From IMG/VR virus record IMGVR_UViG_3300028129_000010, positions 9,178 to 73,177 of that record: a stretch of DNA of 64,000 nt; one strand, given 5' to 3'. Below, piece after piece: positions 39,401 to 48,891 of the stretch; the stretch's first letter is position 1, and each line of letters begins with the position of its first letter. The stretch comes from a virus (lineage: Duplodnaviria; Caudoviricetes). The notes under the pieces are model-generated. The model saw only the letters and a list, made by a program, of their open reading frames with translations. It was not told the DNA's origin and ran no database searches. The translations under genes and the position numbers were made by a program.

Positions 39401-41746
39401 ATTAACATTACTATCAATAAATAAATATTCACTCTTTAACGCTGATAATTCACCATCACTTTTTAATTTATCACCATTCTTAAATATTTGACCATTAAAA
39501 CCACCATTAACTGGTAGTATAGCCATTTCACCATCACCTATTAAGTATCTGTATTTGTAGTATTCTCCTTTAATACTCGTATTATCATCAATATTTTCGT
39601 CAGTAAAAGATACTGTATTCATAACGTATTTACCGTTTATATCCTCATTCTTTTTTCCTAGGAAATTAGATATTAAATCTTCTATAGTATTTTTACCTTT
39701 TATTGTATCTACAATATCTCGTTTTTTTTCATCTTCAAAATCAACTATGGCGTTAAATAAATTTTCAGCTTCCATTTCACCCATTATTTCAGCCATTCTG
39801 CTACTGAATAAACTATAGTTAGAAACTCTTAAACCTAAGAATCCCCTTAATAGTAATGTTGTAACAGCTTCTTCCCAAACTGTTCTACTACCAACATCTT
39901 CTTTTAATGCTATTGTGTATGGGTTATTTTTTATTGCTGAATCACCACTTGATAAAGTTGTTAATTGAGTTTCTATTGGTGATATTGGATAAAAATTAGC
40001 CGCACTATTTTGACCTTGCGCATCTATTTCTTGAATATCTTCTTTAGTTTGTTCTATTAGTATTTTTAATAATTCCTCAACAAATTTAACTTCTTGCATT
40101 TGTGGTACCTTTTTACCAATCCATGATTCTGTAGAAGTTTGTTGTCCTTCAGAATCTTCTTTAGTTTCGTAATATTCTGGCCATGGATATACTTTATTTT
40201 TATCTGTATTATTTTGGTTTATATTATTATTCTTATCTTTGGTTAGAATATCCCTTATTTTCTGACTTCTTTCACCATCTTCGTATGCTTCTTTTGAAAC
40301 CTGACCTAACGTTTTTATAAAAACCTCAGAATGTGTTATTATCATTTTGGTTATATTTCTAATTGTTGGTTTAAAATTTAGGTTTTCTTCAGCTTTGGCT
40401 GCTAATTCATCAGCTAACGCTTCAGTTAATTTTTTATTTTGTTCATTTATTTTATCTTCTTTTTCATTTAATAATTTAAATTGATTTCTTAAATCAAAAA
40501 CATAAAATTCATTTGATTCTGGTGCGTAGTTTTTAACTTCTTTAGCTAATTCTTCATTTGAGTTTTTGGTTACTGAACCTTCTGCTGTGCTACCATTTAA
40601 AGAATTTATTGTTTTAGCCAATTCGTCTTGAGATTGTTTTGAAGCAGTTTTAGTGATAGGACCAATACCATCATCTTTAAAAGATGTTATGTCAGATGAT
40701 TTTATCTTTAAATCTTCACTTGAAACCTTAGTGTTAAACCCATCTTTTTTATCATCTAATAGTTTTATAATACCTTCTTTTTCTTTTTTTATTAAATTTT
40801 CTAAAACTTTATTATTATCTTTAACTTTCTTTTTTGATGAAAATACAATACCTAATTCAGTGTCAATTATATAGTCTCCAGTCTCACCCTTCATTGATTT
40901 CATTAGGTTAGTTAACCTTTCTCTTAGTCTGTTAATGATATCTATAGTTTCTTTTGATTCATCTAGTTTTTTTACATTAACATCATCATTTTTTATTTTA
41001 TCAAATTCTTCAGCTAGGTTTTCAACAGAATCCATGAATTCATCAATACTCATTAATTCTGGGTCTTTATCTGTTTCTTCTTTCCAAAGAACCTTACCCT
41101 TTTCAGTTTTAATTACAGCTCTAATAATACCTAAAAGCATATCAGTTAATAAAGCATATGTATAACCGATAAATTCTGTATTAATTTCAAAGTTACCAGT
41201 TTCACTATTAAAAACACTATTCCATTTATATAAGTGTAGACAATAAGTAACTGGTTTACCATAAAACCCCTTAACCTTTAATTCAAATATTGGGTATGGC
41301 ATATCAAAAAAAGCATTATATTTACTATGGTTACCTTGTTGGAATATTGCATTACCTCTGATATCAACAAATTTTATTGTTATTCTTGGGGTATATGCTG
41401 TATCAAAATTTATATGAATATTTTCAATACCAAGAGTTTCTAAGTCTCTATTTTGGTCATTTTTATCAAAGGAAGTTGTTGCATTAGTATAGTTTGTTGT
41501 TAAGTTATAAACATCTTTCCCATTATCATCAACACCAGTTTTGCTACCACCTATAAATTTAATAGGCTTACTAGCACCTTCCGAGCTATTAGTAACAACA
41601 CCATTATTAATAACACTTCTATTTTTTCTAACACTATTTAATTCAACATATATCGATAAATCTTCTGTTGAATATAATCTATTGTCATTTGGGTTTGGTT
41701 CAAAAACTAATAACCTATTTTTTCTTTGTGCTTCTTCTCTAGCCAT
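36455..41746 (-). CDS. Large baseplate hub protein (gp27/gpD-like termini, 1763 aa)
   Basis: N-terminal LGIENIHINFDTAYTPRITIKFVD; C-terminal YTCEVDMMGNAMIQP...GTYNIFKVTHSI....TNFKG is typical of hub/VgrG-like folds; follows the LysM-like gene. Confidence 0.6.
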   Translation of the reverse strand: MAREEAQRKNRLLVFEPNPNDNRLYSTEDLSIYVELNSVRKNRSVINNGVVTNSSEGASKPIKFIGGSKTGVDDNGKDVYNLTTNYTNATTSFDKNDQNRDLETLGIENIHINFDTAYTPRITIKFVDIRGNAIFQQGNHSKYNAFFDMPYPIFELKVKGFYGKPVTYCLHLYKWNSVFNSETGNFEINTEFIGYTYALLTDMLLGIIRAVIKTEKGKVLWKEETDKDPELMSIDEFMDSVENLAEEFDKIKNDDVNVKKLDESKETIDIINRLRERLTNLMKSMKGETGDYIIDTELGIVFSSKKKVKDNNKVLENLIKKEKEGIIKLLDDKKDGFNTKVSSEDLKIKSSDITSFKDDGIGPITKTASKQSQDELAKTINSLNGSTAEGSVTKNSNEELAKEVKNYAPESNEFYVFDLRNQFKLLNEKEDKINEQNKKLTEALADELAAKAEENLNFKPTIRNITKMIITHSEVFIKTLGQVSKEAYEDGERSQKIRDILTKDKNNNINQNNTDKNKVYPWPEYYETKEDSEGQQTSTESWIGKKVPQMQEVKFVEELLKILIEQTKEDIQEIDAQGQNSAANFYPISPIETQLTTLSSGDSAIKNNPYTIALKEDVGSRTVWEEAVTTLLLRGFLGLRVSNYSLFSSRMAEIMGEMEAENLFNAIVDFEDEKKRDIVDTIKGKNTIEDLISNFLGKKNEDINGKYVMNTVSFTDENIDDNTSIKGEYYKYRYLIGDGEMAILPVNGGFNGQIFKNGDKLKSDGELSALKSEYLFIDSNVNSITNKSITTSVGSDEYFKILDKDDYEEQRTLPDFATTFFDKEKKSILNAFGVDSEAYIKQFTLRKPTYNEIYPEPTAIIEDFDTYSEGTDLFTYNGRVKTTEISDIQYDSSGGGDRDRKLDAKHFPKRDVPSNVSSVLCAYWSQRVGSFADNFGTYLCDGYDKLKKRYQYDYDNLNSEYDGINFNLVTSRNYNTNNNEDLQPNNYVKQRELLGYLTEEHKNYSVENRDKTYVPFIEFGIQDDLTNQNGLRYFSLFGSRFYYEQETNEARAFLFLHSFGWQGLIGDIGDLSANAYDTIDVSLFDRYNEINKDESFYEEDDSPTLKGLFSNYGSFIKAPKLWCAFIGGIIYRYEEGSKGNDILRFTGNTSEKYFLPWQDEDTVLPKYYEYLYETSEERISGMNFNIGADKYPDIDKTIINLPKEVKDKFKKVFQDFSKGAFVEVRRQYELLYTEKPEDWEFSEWEKLYNDLKIIQHKPTNALVTDYTKKVKVSDLRNIFDDKVYTQGDGIKNYVNITAQADFISSANYPGWGTWDQLNAYQFTLVNRNGTKGADLIKNLIAEYVWILNGKPEIFRYNNYISTKKRYSKLWVNKDQFDVYLNGFLSRFKTLAKDYDKVLEKEQDKIEQQIFNTIDDDLIKLTIYRELSSVYNKWIAGNDSNLPVASCSSNIKKEGLFNTFRFIDRSYNDIGDKFYINPYMVKELILGKPNKSVFNLLDTILRDNNFNFIPLPNFINYSDINDVIDVFKPYPYSKAKSISQGPSFVCMYSGQISNHLDMGEDSSHPDDSFIIDYDNNGYSTTKLPNDFLTEKNDNNTNIPYFLVSYAKQNQSYFKNLKLDQSEFTATLESLNTVENLTKLGDKTKPSYNGQNLWNVYQNRAYTCEVDMMGNAMIQPFMYFQLSNVPMFRGTYNIFKVTHSITPHNMQTNFKGVRVKRTKTPLITKSELFSGLLGYLNQVETKKGRTGKVYDSNFTLQESSGGIII

Positions 41747-42056
41747 ATAATTCTTTATAAATGTTGACTGAATTTATATATCTGTCTATCGCATCTTCAA
41801 ATGGATATGGTATCCTTATAATATCTCTATCTTTTATTTCAAATTCTAATCCACCATATTGTGGATTAGCTAACAAAATAAGCCAACCATGATATGGGTT
41901 ATTATAATACCTTTGACTTAAAATGTCAAGCCTAGTTTCTCCAGTCTTATAAATAACAGTTTTATCATTAGAACCTACAGGTATTCTTATACCAGGTATT
42001 GGTTTCATTTCTCCATTATCTCTAAAAGATTCGTATCTATCAAAATATGTTGCCAT
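41739..42056 (-). CDS. LysM-like baseplate protein (T4 gp53 / P2 gpX-like, 105 aa)
   Basis: YKTGETRLDILSQRYYNNPYHGWLILLANP...IIRIP. Confidence 0.75.
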   Translation of the reverse strand: MATYFDRYESFRDNGEMKPIPGIRIPVGSNDKTVIYKTGETRLDILSQRYYNNPYHGWLILLANPQYGGLEFEIKDRDIIRIPYPFEDAIDRYINSVNIYKELYG

Positions 42057-42086
42057 AATTATCTTTTTTTATATTGTGATATAAGT

Positions 42087-45000
42087 TTATAGTATTATTG
42101 GTTGTCTATTTTGACCAACTTTTGTTGTTACAGAAATCTTATTATTACCATCAGAACTAGTAACAATAAATGAAACTAAATAATCAACATTTGATTCATT
42201 TTCTTTATAATCAATAATAACATTATTAACCTTATATTGACTAAACTTAACTGAAGTTAGTATTTCAAAATCATCCTTACCAGAAGTAATTGTTTCATCA
42301 CTTACAGGTACTTCAAAATATACCTTATCATTAATAGTACCATCTTCATTAAAAATAAGTTTTTCAACCCTTAATTTTTTAACTGTATAGTCTTGACTAA
42401 TATCTTTCTTGAGTTGTACGCCAATACTTAAACTATTAACACCACTTTCAACTAACTTTGCTGTTACAGGTTTTATTATATCATTTTCATATTGATTTAC
42501 TTGAGTATTTTCAGTCTTATTAGCTTCGTTATTAGATTCAACTTCTTGATTATTGGTAGAATCGTTTGTATTATTACTTAAACCTAATTTATTTTGTGGT
42601 TCTTCTAATGGTGTTTTTGGTGAATTTACTTTTTCACCTGGAACAAGTTCACCATAACCCTTACCTTCATCATTTGCTTGAAGTCCTTGTTTAATTTTAA
42701 TTCTATCAGCTCTTGCATCGTATATCTCAGTATTAGCAAAGAAGTTATATGATACAGCGTTTTGTAGTTTATTAATTGGGCCTTCTAAACTTGAGCCACC
42801 TATAAATGCAAAATTAATTGTTACATTAGCAATCATTGGTTGTACACCTACACCTTCTGGGTTTAAATCCCAAACAAGTGGTTCAAAGTCTAAAGACATT
42901 GAATCGATTGCTATCTTAGTATGATAAAAATCACCAATTCTAAGTATAGACACTGGTGGTCTACCAAAAGCTAAGTTATCAGGTATTCCTTGGTCATGTT
43001 TAGTAGGACCTTGTCTAGTACACTGATGTAAGAAATTAAGTCTTGAGTTAAATCCTTCTGGTGTTATACTATGAAATGATGGGTGAAAATATTTGAGTTT
43101 TTCTCTTATATTATCATAAACAAAATTATTATTCTCTTCTATCTTCTTAAAATAATGACATTCAGTAAAGAATCTACTTGCTGGTATACTAACATCAGAG
43201 AATGGATTAGTATTAGGGTTTTCGTATTGACTATCTATTAACTCATCTTCTTTTAAAGAAGCATCATAACTAATCGTAACTTCAACCTTTCTAGCTTTTT
43301 TACAACCTAATCTGTCTTGACCGTTATCACCAGAACAACCATCACCAACACTAACAGAACCAGAACCACTAGTTTTATATCTCTTATTAACTAACTTATC
43401 ATCAAATATTGAACTACCGTTTGGTGTTATAGTTACTTGTGTCATAACTTGATTTTTAAACCAATTTTCAACATTTTTAGCCCTTTCTTCAGATAAAGTT
43501 TGGTTATTACTTGAATTATCATTATTACTTGCTGATTGATTTCCTTGTGTACTTGCATAACCAGTTATATTAACTCTACAATACTTACACTTTTCAATCA
43601 TAAATGTATTTAACTCAGCAAAGAAATCATTATCTTTTATCCAACCCTCAGTTGTAACCCCGTCAATAGTTATAGGTTGTTTCCAACCATTAAGACCAAA
43701 ATTAGTATTATTAGGGTATACAAAAGAACCACCACCTACTGTACCATCACCAGTGGTTGTTCCATTTTGTTCCGTCATAGCTGAAACTGGTAATTTATTT
43801 CCACCACTATCTAAACCATCTTCATAAGTTATTGGTATTGAAGATTCGTCATTTGGGAAATAAACAGTAAAGGTAACATCTGGTGGAAGAGTATCATCAA
43901 CCTTTTCTGGTTTTTTAGTGTTATCTTTTTTCTCAATATCATCTCTTTGTTGTTGAGTTAATACTAGATTTCTAACATCTTCGTATTCTAAACAACCAGC
44001 AAAGAAAGACGCTATATCATCATTATCAAAATTGTCAGGAAAGAAGTTAGCATAATTTGGATGGTCAATAATAACTTTCCATGAAAGAGTTCCAGTTCTT
44101 TCAGTATTGTTGTAAGTATATATTGGTTCACCTCTACCTATAAAATTGCTTTTATCCCAGCTTACAGACGTTGTCTCGTTAAAACTGATGTCATATGGTG
44201 GAAACCACATAATTCTTCCTCTAAGACCACTTAACGGGTCTCCTGGACCCTTTTCACACTCTAATAGATTAGTTAAATCATCAGCCCATGCTAAATTCTC
44301 TATTGAGAACATATATCTTTTTATATCATCTAGATTACCTTCTTCATCTGTAGTTGGACCTATATTAACAAAACCAGTACTATTTAAAACTGAAGATTTT
44401 AAATTATTCGCGTTTGGTCTATTTGGGAAGTTTGGTCCACCAATAAGTCCAGAATGTTTTTGTAAGTCTTGTACATTGTTATATTTTCTAACTGGTGACC
44501 ATGTTCTACAAAATACATTATCATCTTCTGATGTATTCCCAGCAAGTGCATCAGCACTCAAAACACCAGAACCCTTAGATATTTTATTAGCAACTGTACC
44601 TACAGCTCTAACACCACTTTGTATTTCAGTTTTAGTTTCTTTACCGAAACGACCAGAAACAAGTGTTTTAATTTTATTATTTTTAAATAATTTTTGAGTC
44701 TTGGTTAAAATACTATTTTTATTTTCTGTTTTTAAACTGTATACACCATTAGTTGGTTTATTATTATTTTCATCACCCCAAATAAATTTACCTAAACCAT
44801 CATTATCACCACTTATGTTATCTTCACTCTCAGTAACATTATCGATTAAAGAAGGAAATCCTTCAGATATATCAGCTATATTTTCTAAATTACCACCATT
44901 GTTAAGTTTAGAACCATAAGCATATATTGAACCACCACTAAGTGGTCCTTGGTTATAACCTCTTCCAGTTCTTTCATCAATAAATTCTGGGACAAAACCT

Positions 45001-46043
45001 TGTCTTGCACCTTTACCTGTAAATTTAGGGTCTATATTTGCATTCATGTTAGCAAACATTTGTAACACTTGACCTTTACCAGTATTACTAATCATACTAT
45101 TAGCTCTAGTTATGTTACCTGTTTCATTTCCACTATCAGCTGCAAATATTGAAGATTCATTCCCTAAAAGACTAAATGGTATTTTAGCGCCACTCATTCT
45201 TTCTAATAAATCACCAGCTGTACCTAAAGTACCTTGACCTACTGTAATCTTATAATTTGGTACTATAAGACTATTACCTTTAGCAAGACTAATTGGGTTT
45301 AAATTAACTCTACCTAATGTATTTTCTTGTAACTCAAATGCTATATTATTACCAATAGCTGTTGCTAGGTATCCAGCAGCAAGTTGACCTAATCTTGTAT
45401 CATTTATTACACCTGTTGCAGTAAGTACTCTACCAGCTAATGAACTTCTAACATCAAAGTCAGATGTTAATCCACCGCCATTTGGGTCAAATCCAATACC
45501 ACCACCTTGAGTAACGCTACCAATTATATCTAACGGTTGAGTTGAAGGACCGCCAACATTTAAGTTATTATTTTCATCTAAATAAGAACCTGTTTGATTT
45601 CCAAATTTCTTATAAACTATATCAACTGGTGTTAACTTAGTAACATCTAAATATTGGTTGTTGATAACATTTGACTCTAAGTTATCTTCATTAGCTTCTA
45701 ATAATTGAGCAGCAATATTACTATAAGGTTCATTATTCCATACATTACCAGCAATTGTTGAATTTGTATTACCTGGAAGGAAATTAACATTATATTGTTG
45801 GTAATCAATATTATCACCTTGGTATTTATTAACAGATATATTACCATCCTTATAAAAAACACCATCATCTTCTATATTAGGTGAACTTTGGACTGATAAA
45901 GGTTGTGTTGATGGGTCTGCTGGATACCCAATACCAACTAATTCTGATAATAAACCATTATCGGTTATTGTATCAGTAATTACATTTCTATTAAGTAATA
46001 TATCCCTAAAAGTTGGTGATAACGTATTTATTCCATTTGGCAT
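42087..46043 (-). CDS. Tail-tube initiator/hub-type protein with inserted OmpA-like domain (1318 aa)
   Basis: WFPPYDISFNETTSVSWDKSNFIGRGEPIYTYNNTERTGTLSW is tube-initiator-like; VYFPND...ITGYAS..G...NQTLSEERAKNV...RKVEV is OmpA C-terminal-like. Confidence 0.6.
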   Translation of the reverse strand: MPNGINTLSPTFRDILLNRNVITDTITDNGLLSELVGIGYPADPSTQPLSVQSSPNIEDDGVFYKDGNISVNKYQGDNIDYQQYNVNFLPGNTNSTIAGNVWNNEPYSNIAAQLLEANEDNLESNVINNQYLDVTKLTPVDIVYKKFGNQTGSYLDENNNLNVGGPSTQPLDIIGSVTQGGGIGFDPNGGGLTSDFDVRSSLAGRVLTATGVINDTRLGQLAAGYLATAIGNNIAFELQENTLGRVNLNPISLAKGNSLIVPNYKITVGQGTLGTAGDLLERMSGAKIPFSLLGNESSIFAADSGNETGNITRANSMISNTGKGQVLQMFANMNANIDPKFTGKGARQGFVPEFIDERTGRGYNQGPLSGGSIYAYGSKLNNGGNLENIADISEGFPSLIDNVTESEDNISGDNDGLGKFIWGDENNNKPTNGVYSLKTENKNSILTKTQKLFKNNKIKTLVSGRFGKETKTEIQSGVRAVGTVANKISKGSGVLSADALAGNTSEDDNVFCRTWSPVRKYNNVQDLQKHSGLIGGPNFPNRPNANNLKSSVLNSTGFVNIGPTTDEEGNLDDIKRYMFSIENLAWADDLTNLLECEKGPGDPLSGLRGRIMWFPPYDISFNETTSVSWDKSNFIGRGEPIYTYNNTERTGTLSWKVIIDHPNYANFFPDNFDNDDIASFFAGCLEYEDVRNLVLTQQQRDDIEKKDNTKKPEKVDDTLPPDVTFTVYFPNDESSIPITYEDGLDSGGNKLPVSAMTEQNGTTTGDGTVGGGSFVYPNNTNFGLNGWKQPITIDGVTTEGWIKDNDFFAELNTFMIEKCKYCRVNITGYASTQGNQSASNNDNSSNNQTLSEERAKNVENWFKNQVMTQVTITPNGSSIFDDKLVNKRYKTSGSGSVSVGDGCSGDNGQDRLGCKKARKVEVTISYDASLKEDELIDSQYENPNTNPFSDVSIPASRFFTECHYFKKIEENNNFVYDNIREKLKYFHPSFHSITPEGFNSRLNFLHQCTRQGPTKHDQGIPDNLAFGRPPVSILRIGDFYHTKIAIDSMSLDFEPLVWDLNPEGVGVQPMIANVTINFAFIGGSSLEGPINKLQNAVSYNFFANTEIYDARADRIKIKQGLQANDEGKGYGELVPGEKVNSPKTPLEEPQNKLGLSNNTNDSTNNQEVESNNEANKTENTQVNQYENDIIKPVTAKLVESGVNSLSIGVQLKKDISQDYTVKKLRVEKLIFNEDGTINDKVYFEVPVSDETITSGKDDFEILTSVKFSQYKVNNVIIDYKENESNVDYLVSFIVTSSDGNNKISVTTKVGQNRQPIIL

Positions 46044-46120
46044 AATAAAATCTTTTTATTATAAATACTATGTTAACTAAAAATTTTAGAAAATAAATAG
46101 TTGATAAAATGAAAAAAATA

Positions 46121-46272
46121 CTATATATTATATAAATTATATTATATTAATTATATTATATAGTTATATTATATTAATTATATTATATAGTTATATTATA
46201 TTATATTATATAGTTATATTATATTATATAGTTATATTATAGTTAATATATATATTATATTATATATATAAT
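46121..46272. repeat. Almost pure A/T low-complexity tandem repeat (TTATA / TAGTTATATT units, partly 27-bp period)
   Basis: Only five G and one C in about 150 bp; TAGTTA at 46161, 46188, 46211, 46229 and 46240; non-coding. Confidence 0.85.
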
Positions 46273-46339
46273 ACAAAAATAATAGGATAAAACTTGAAAA
46301 GCAACTTTTTTATAAACTTTTTTTTTATTTTTTTTTAGA

Positions 46340-48868
46340 TTATCCAAATTGAGGGTTAGGAGTTAGTTTATTTTCATTTCTATTTCCAGCAATTCGTTGT
46401 GCTATCATTGATATTAATCTTTCTTGTGTATCTGGATTGTTAAGATGTTCCGCACCATCACCTTCAAACCTAATAGTTCCTTTAATATCATCAAATTTAT
46501 GTTTAACTTCTGATGAACCACCATTACCAAAATGCTTATCAGCAACTTTACTCAATTGGTTTTCTGATGTGGATGCCATCATAACATCATTAACTTTCAT
46601 AAATTTATCTCTAGGATTAAATTCTATTATAGCATCATTAGCTGATACTGTTTTTGCTTGTGGAATCATTGCTTGTGGTCCTCTTCCATTATTACCAGTA
46701 TCAGAGTTTTTACCAAATTCATTATAAAGGCCGTATAAAGCACCTAAACCACCACCAACTAAACCACCTAATGGACCAAGAAGCATACCTAATGAAGCAC
46801 CTGTTAAAGCTGAACTACCAACACCTAAAGCTTTACCAGCACCACTATTATAAAATTCTTCATCTTCACTACCTCTAAGATAATCCACTCCCATACCAGC
46901 TAAACCAAGACCCATACCACCAACAAGTGAACCCATGCTACCAGCTGCAAATCTAGAACCACCACCAGCCAATTTAGCTAATGTCTTATTGCCACCAAAC
47001 CTATTTAATGTAGCAGCACCTCTACTCATTCTAGAACCGCCTAAACCCATAAATCCAGTACCTCTAGAAGCAACACCACCAGCAACTCCAGAACCACCTC
47101 CGAAGCCACCTCCTAAGCCACCACCCATATTAAATCCCGTTCTGAGTAATTTACCAGTAGCTATCCAAGACGCAGCTTTAAATAACCCAATACCTAAAAG
47201 TGATTTAATAGGGTTTTCTATAATAAATTTACCGATACTACCAGCTAATTTAGCAGCCCCACCAGCAAAATTTCTAAGAGTAGTATAAAACCCTTCTTTA
47301 TTCCATTTCTCTTGTAAATCCTGTAATGGTTTACCTAAAAATTCTTTTAAGTCTTTAGCTACAGGAACTAATACTTGCTTAAGTGTCATTGTCAAGTCTG
47401 TAATAACTTCTTCAAATGTTCTTGCAGCTTTAGCCCTTTTTTCAAGTGTTTCTTTTTCATTTCTAATTGAATCTAATTGACTTGCTTCTAAATTTTTAAC
47501 TAATTCGTCTTTACCATCAATATTAATATAAAACTCACCATTTTTTAATTCAGCTACACTTGATATAAACTCCTTATCTTTATCTTCAAAATTTATTGGT
47601 GTTATTGAACCTATGGATTCTATCTTCTTTTGCTGAACAGCCATTTCTTGAAGTTTCTCAACACTAAGACCTGTCATCTTAGATATTTCCCTCATTCTAT
47701 CTCTTGCAAGACCTCCCATAACCTCGAAAGAGCCCGTCTCCTTGTTGAACTCAACAAATTCAGAGGTAGCCTTACCAATATCCTTAGCGAAGCCTTCCAT
47801 GTCATTTCTAGCCTTAAACATAAGTGTCATAGGGTCACCTAGTTTTGCGAACTCTCCACCCATTACAGATAGTTGTGCTGCCATTTCTATAGCACCTTCT
47901 GGTCTAAACACCTTATCAGCTAGACTGGCGATGCCATCCATATCTAATTTAAGTCTAAGAGCATCAGACGACATTTTACCTAATGCCTTAACACCACCCT
48001 TAAAGTTATATTTTTGAGCTAATTTAAGATTCTTTTGTAATGCTTGTGAAGCCGCTGCACCATTAACACCCATTTCACCAGCGATGTTCATAGTGTCTTC
48101 AACCATCTTAGCACTAGCTTCAGCACCAACACCAAAATTATCCATAGCTGAAGCCATACCTATAGCAAACTGTTCGCCAAGTCCAGTACCTTCAGCCATT
48201 CCAGCCATAGCTTTAAGACCACCTTCTGTAAGTCTTACACTTCTACCAATTTCTTTACTATAACCACCTTGTAATATTGCTAACTTTTTCAAGTTAACAC
48301 CCATCATTGTGGTACTATCAGCTGCGGAATATAAATTTTTTGAGAAAGAATCAAACTGGGAACTACCAAGAGCCATGCTTCTTGATGCGTTACGGATTTC
48401 TTTATCCATATCAAACACACCATAAGACCTAAGCTTATCCCAACCCCACTTTTTAACAAAGTTACCTGTTGAATTAGCTATTGATTTAAGCTTATTAGCT
48501 TCTTTAACTGATTCTTTTAAATTTTTAAGAGCCTCTTTATGTTCTTTGTTTTGTTGATTTAAGTAACCAATTCTAGATTTTATATATGGTTCCTGTTCTT
48601 TTAAGACAGCTAAAGTCTTTTTTTCTTGGTCGGTTAGTTTTGAAGCTTCTTTTTTTCTTAATTTAGTTAAAGTTTCTAATTCTTTCTCACTAGCCTTAAT
48701 TTGTTTTTGAGTATTAATTATATCCTTCTCTACTTCATTAATCTTTTTAGTAGCTTCATACCATTTACCAATACCCTTCTCAACTTCTTGAGAACCCTTA
48801 CGAACATCAGCTAAGTTTCTTTTAAACTTATCAAATTCGTCATTAAAATCTTTAAAATTATCAGCCAT
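46340..48868 (-). CDS. Tape measure protein-like (842 aa)
   Basis: Long coiled-coil/helical A/G/M/K-rich protein with Gly-rich hydrophobic C-terminal segments; located between chaperone and hub genes. Confidence 0.75.
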   Translation of the reverse strand: MADNFKDFNDEFDKFKRNLADVRKGSQEVEKGIGKWYEATKKINEVEKDIINTQKQIKASEKELETLTKLRKKEASKLTDQEKKTLAVLKEQEPYIKSRIGYLNQQNKEHKEALKNLKESVKEANKLKSIANSTGNFVKKWGWDKLRSYGVFDMDKEIRNASRSMALGSSQFDSFSKNLYSAADSTTMMGVNLKKLAILQGGYSKEIGRSVRLTEGGLKAMAGMAEGTGLGEQFAIGMASAMDNFGVGAEASAKMVEDTMNIAGEMGVNGAAASQALQKNLKLAQKYNFKGGVKALGKMSSDALRLKLDMDGIASLADKVFRPEGAIEMAAQLSVMGGEFAKLGDPMTLMFKARNDMEGFAKDIGKATSEFVEFNKETGSFEVMGGLARDRMREISKMTGLSVEKLQEMAVQQKKIESIGSITPINFEDKDKEFISSVAELKNGEFYINIDGKDELVKNLEASQLDSIRNEKETLEKRAKAARTFEEVITDLTMTLKQVLVPVAKDLKEFLGKPLQDLQEKWNKEGFYTTLRNFAGGAAKLAGSIGKFIIENPIKSLLGIGLFKAASWIATGKLLRTGFNMGGGLGGGFGGGSGVAGGVASRGTGFMGLGGSRMSRGAATLNRFGGNKTLAKLAGGGSRFAAGSMGSLVGGMGLGLAGMGVDYLRGSEDEEFYNSGAGKALGVGSSALTGASLGMLLGPLGGLVGGGLGALYGLYNEFGKNSDTGNNGRGPQAMIPQAKTVSANDAIIEFNPRDKFMKVNDVMMASTSENQLSKVADKHFGNGGSSEVKHKFDDIKGTIRFEGDGAEHLNNPDTQERLISMIAQRIAGNRNENKLTPNPQFG

Positions 48869-48891
48869 TAGAACTTATACTTAAATTAATC

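Noticed and set aside
46121-46272. A/T repeat tract as a small ORF or CRISPR array
   Set aside because: The ATG at 46109 closes after 8 codons; the units are degenerate and have no unique spacers.
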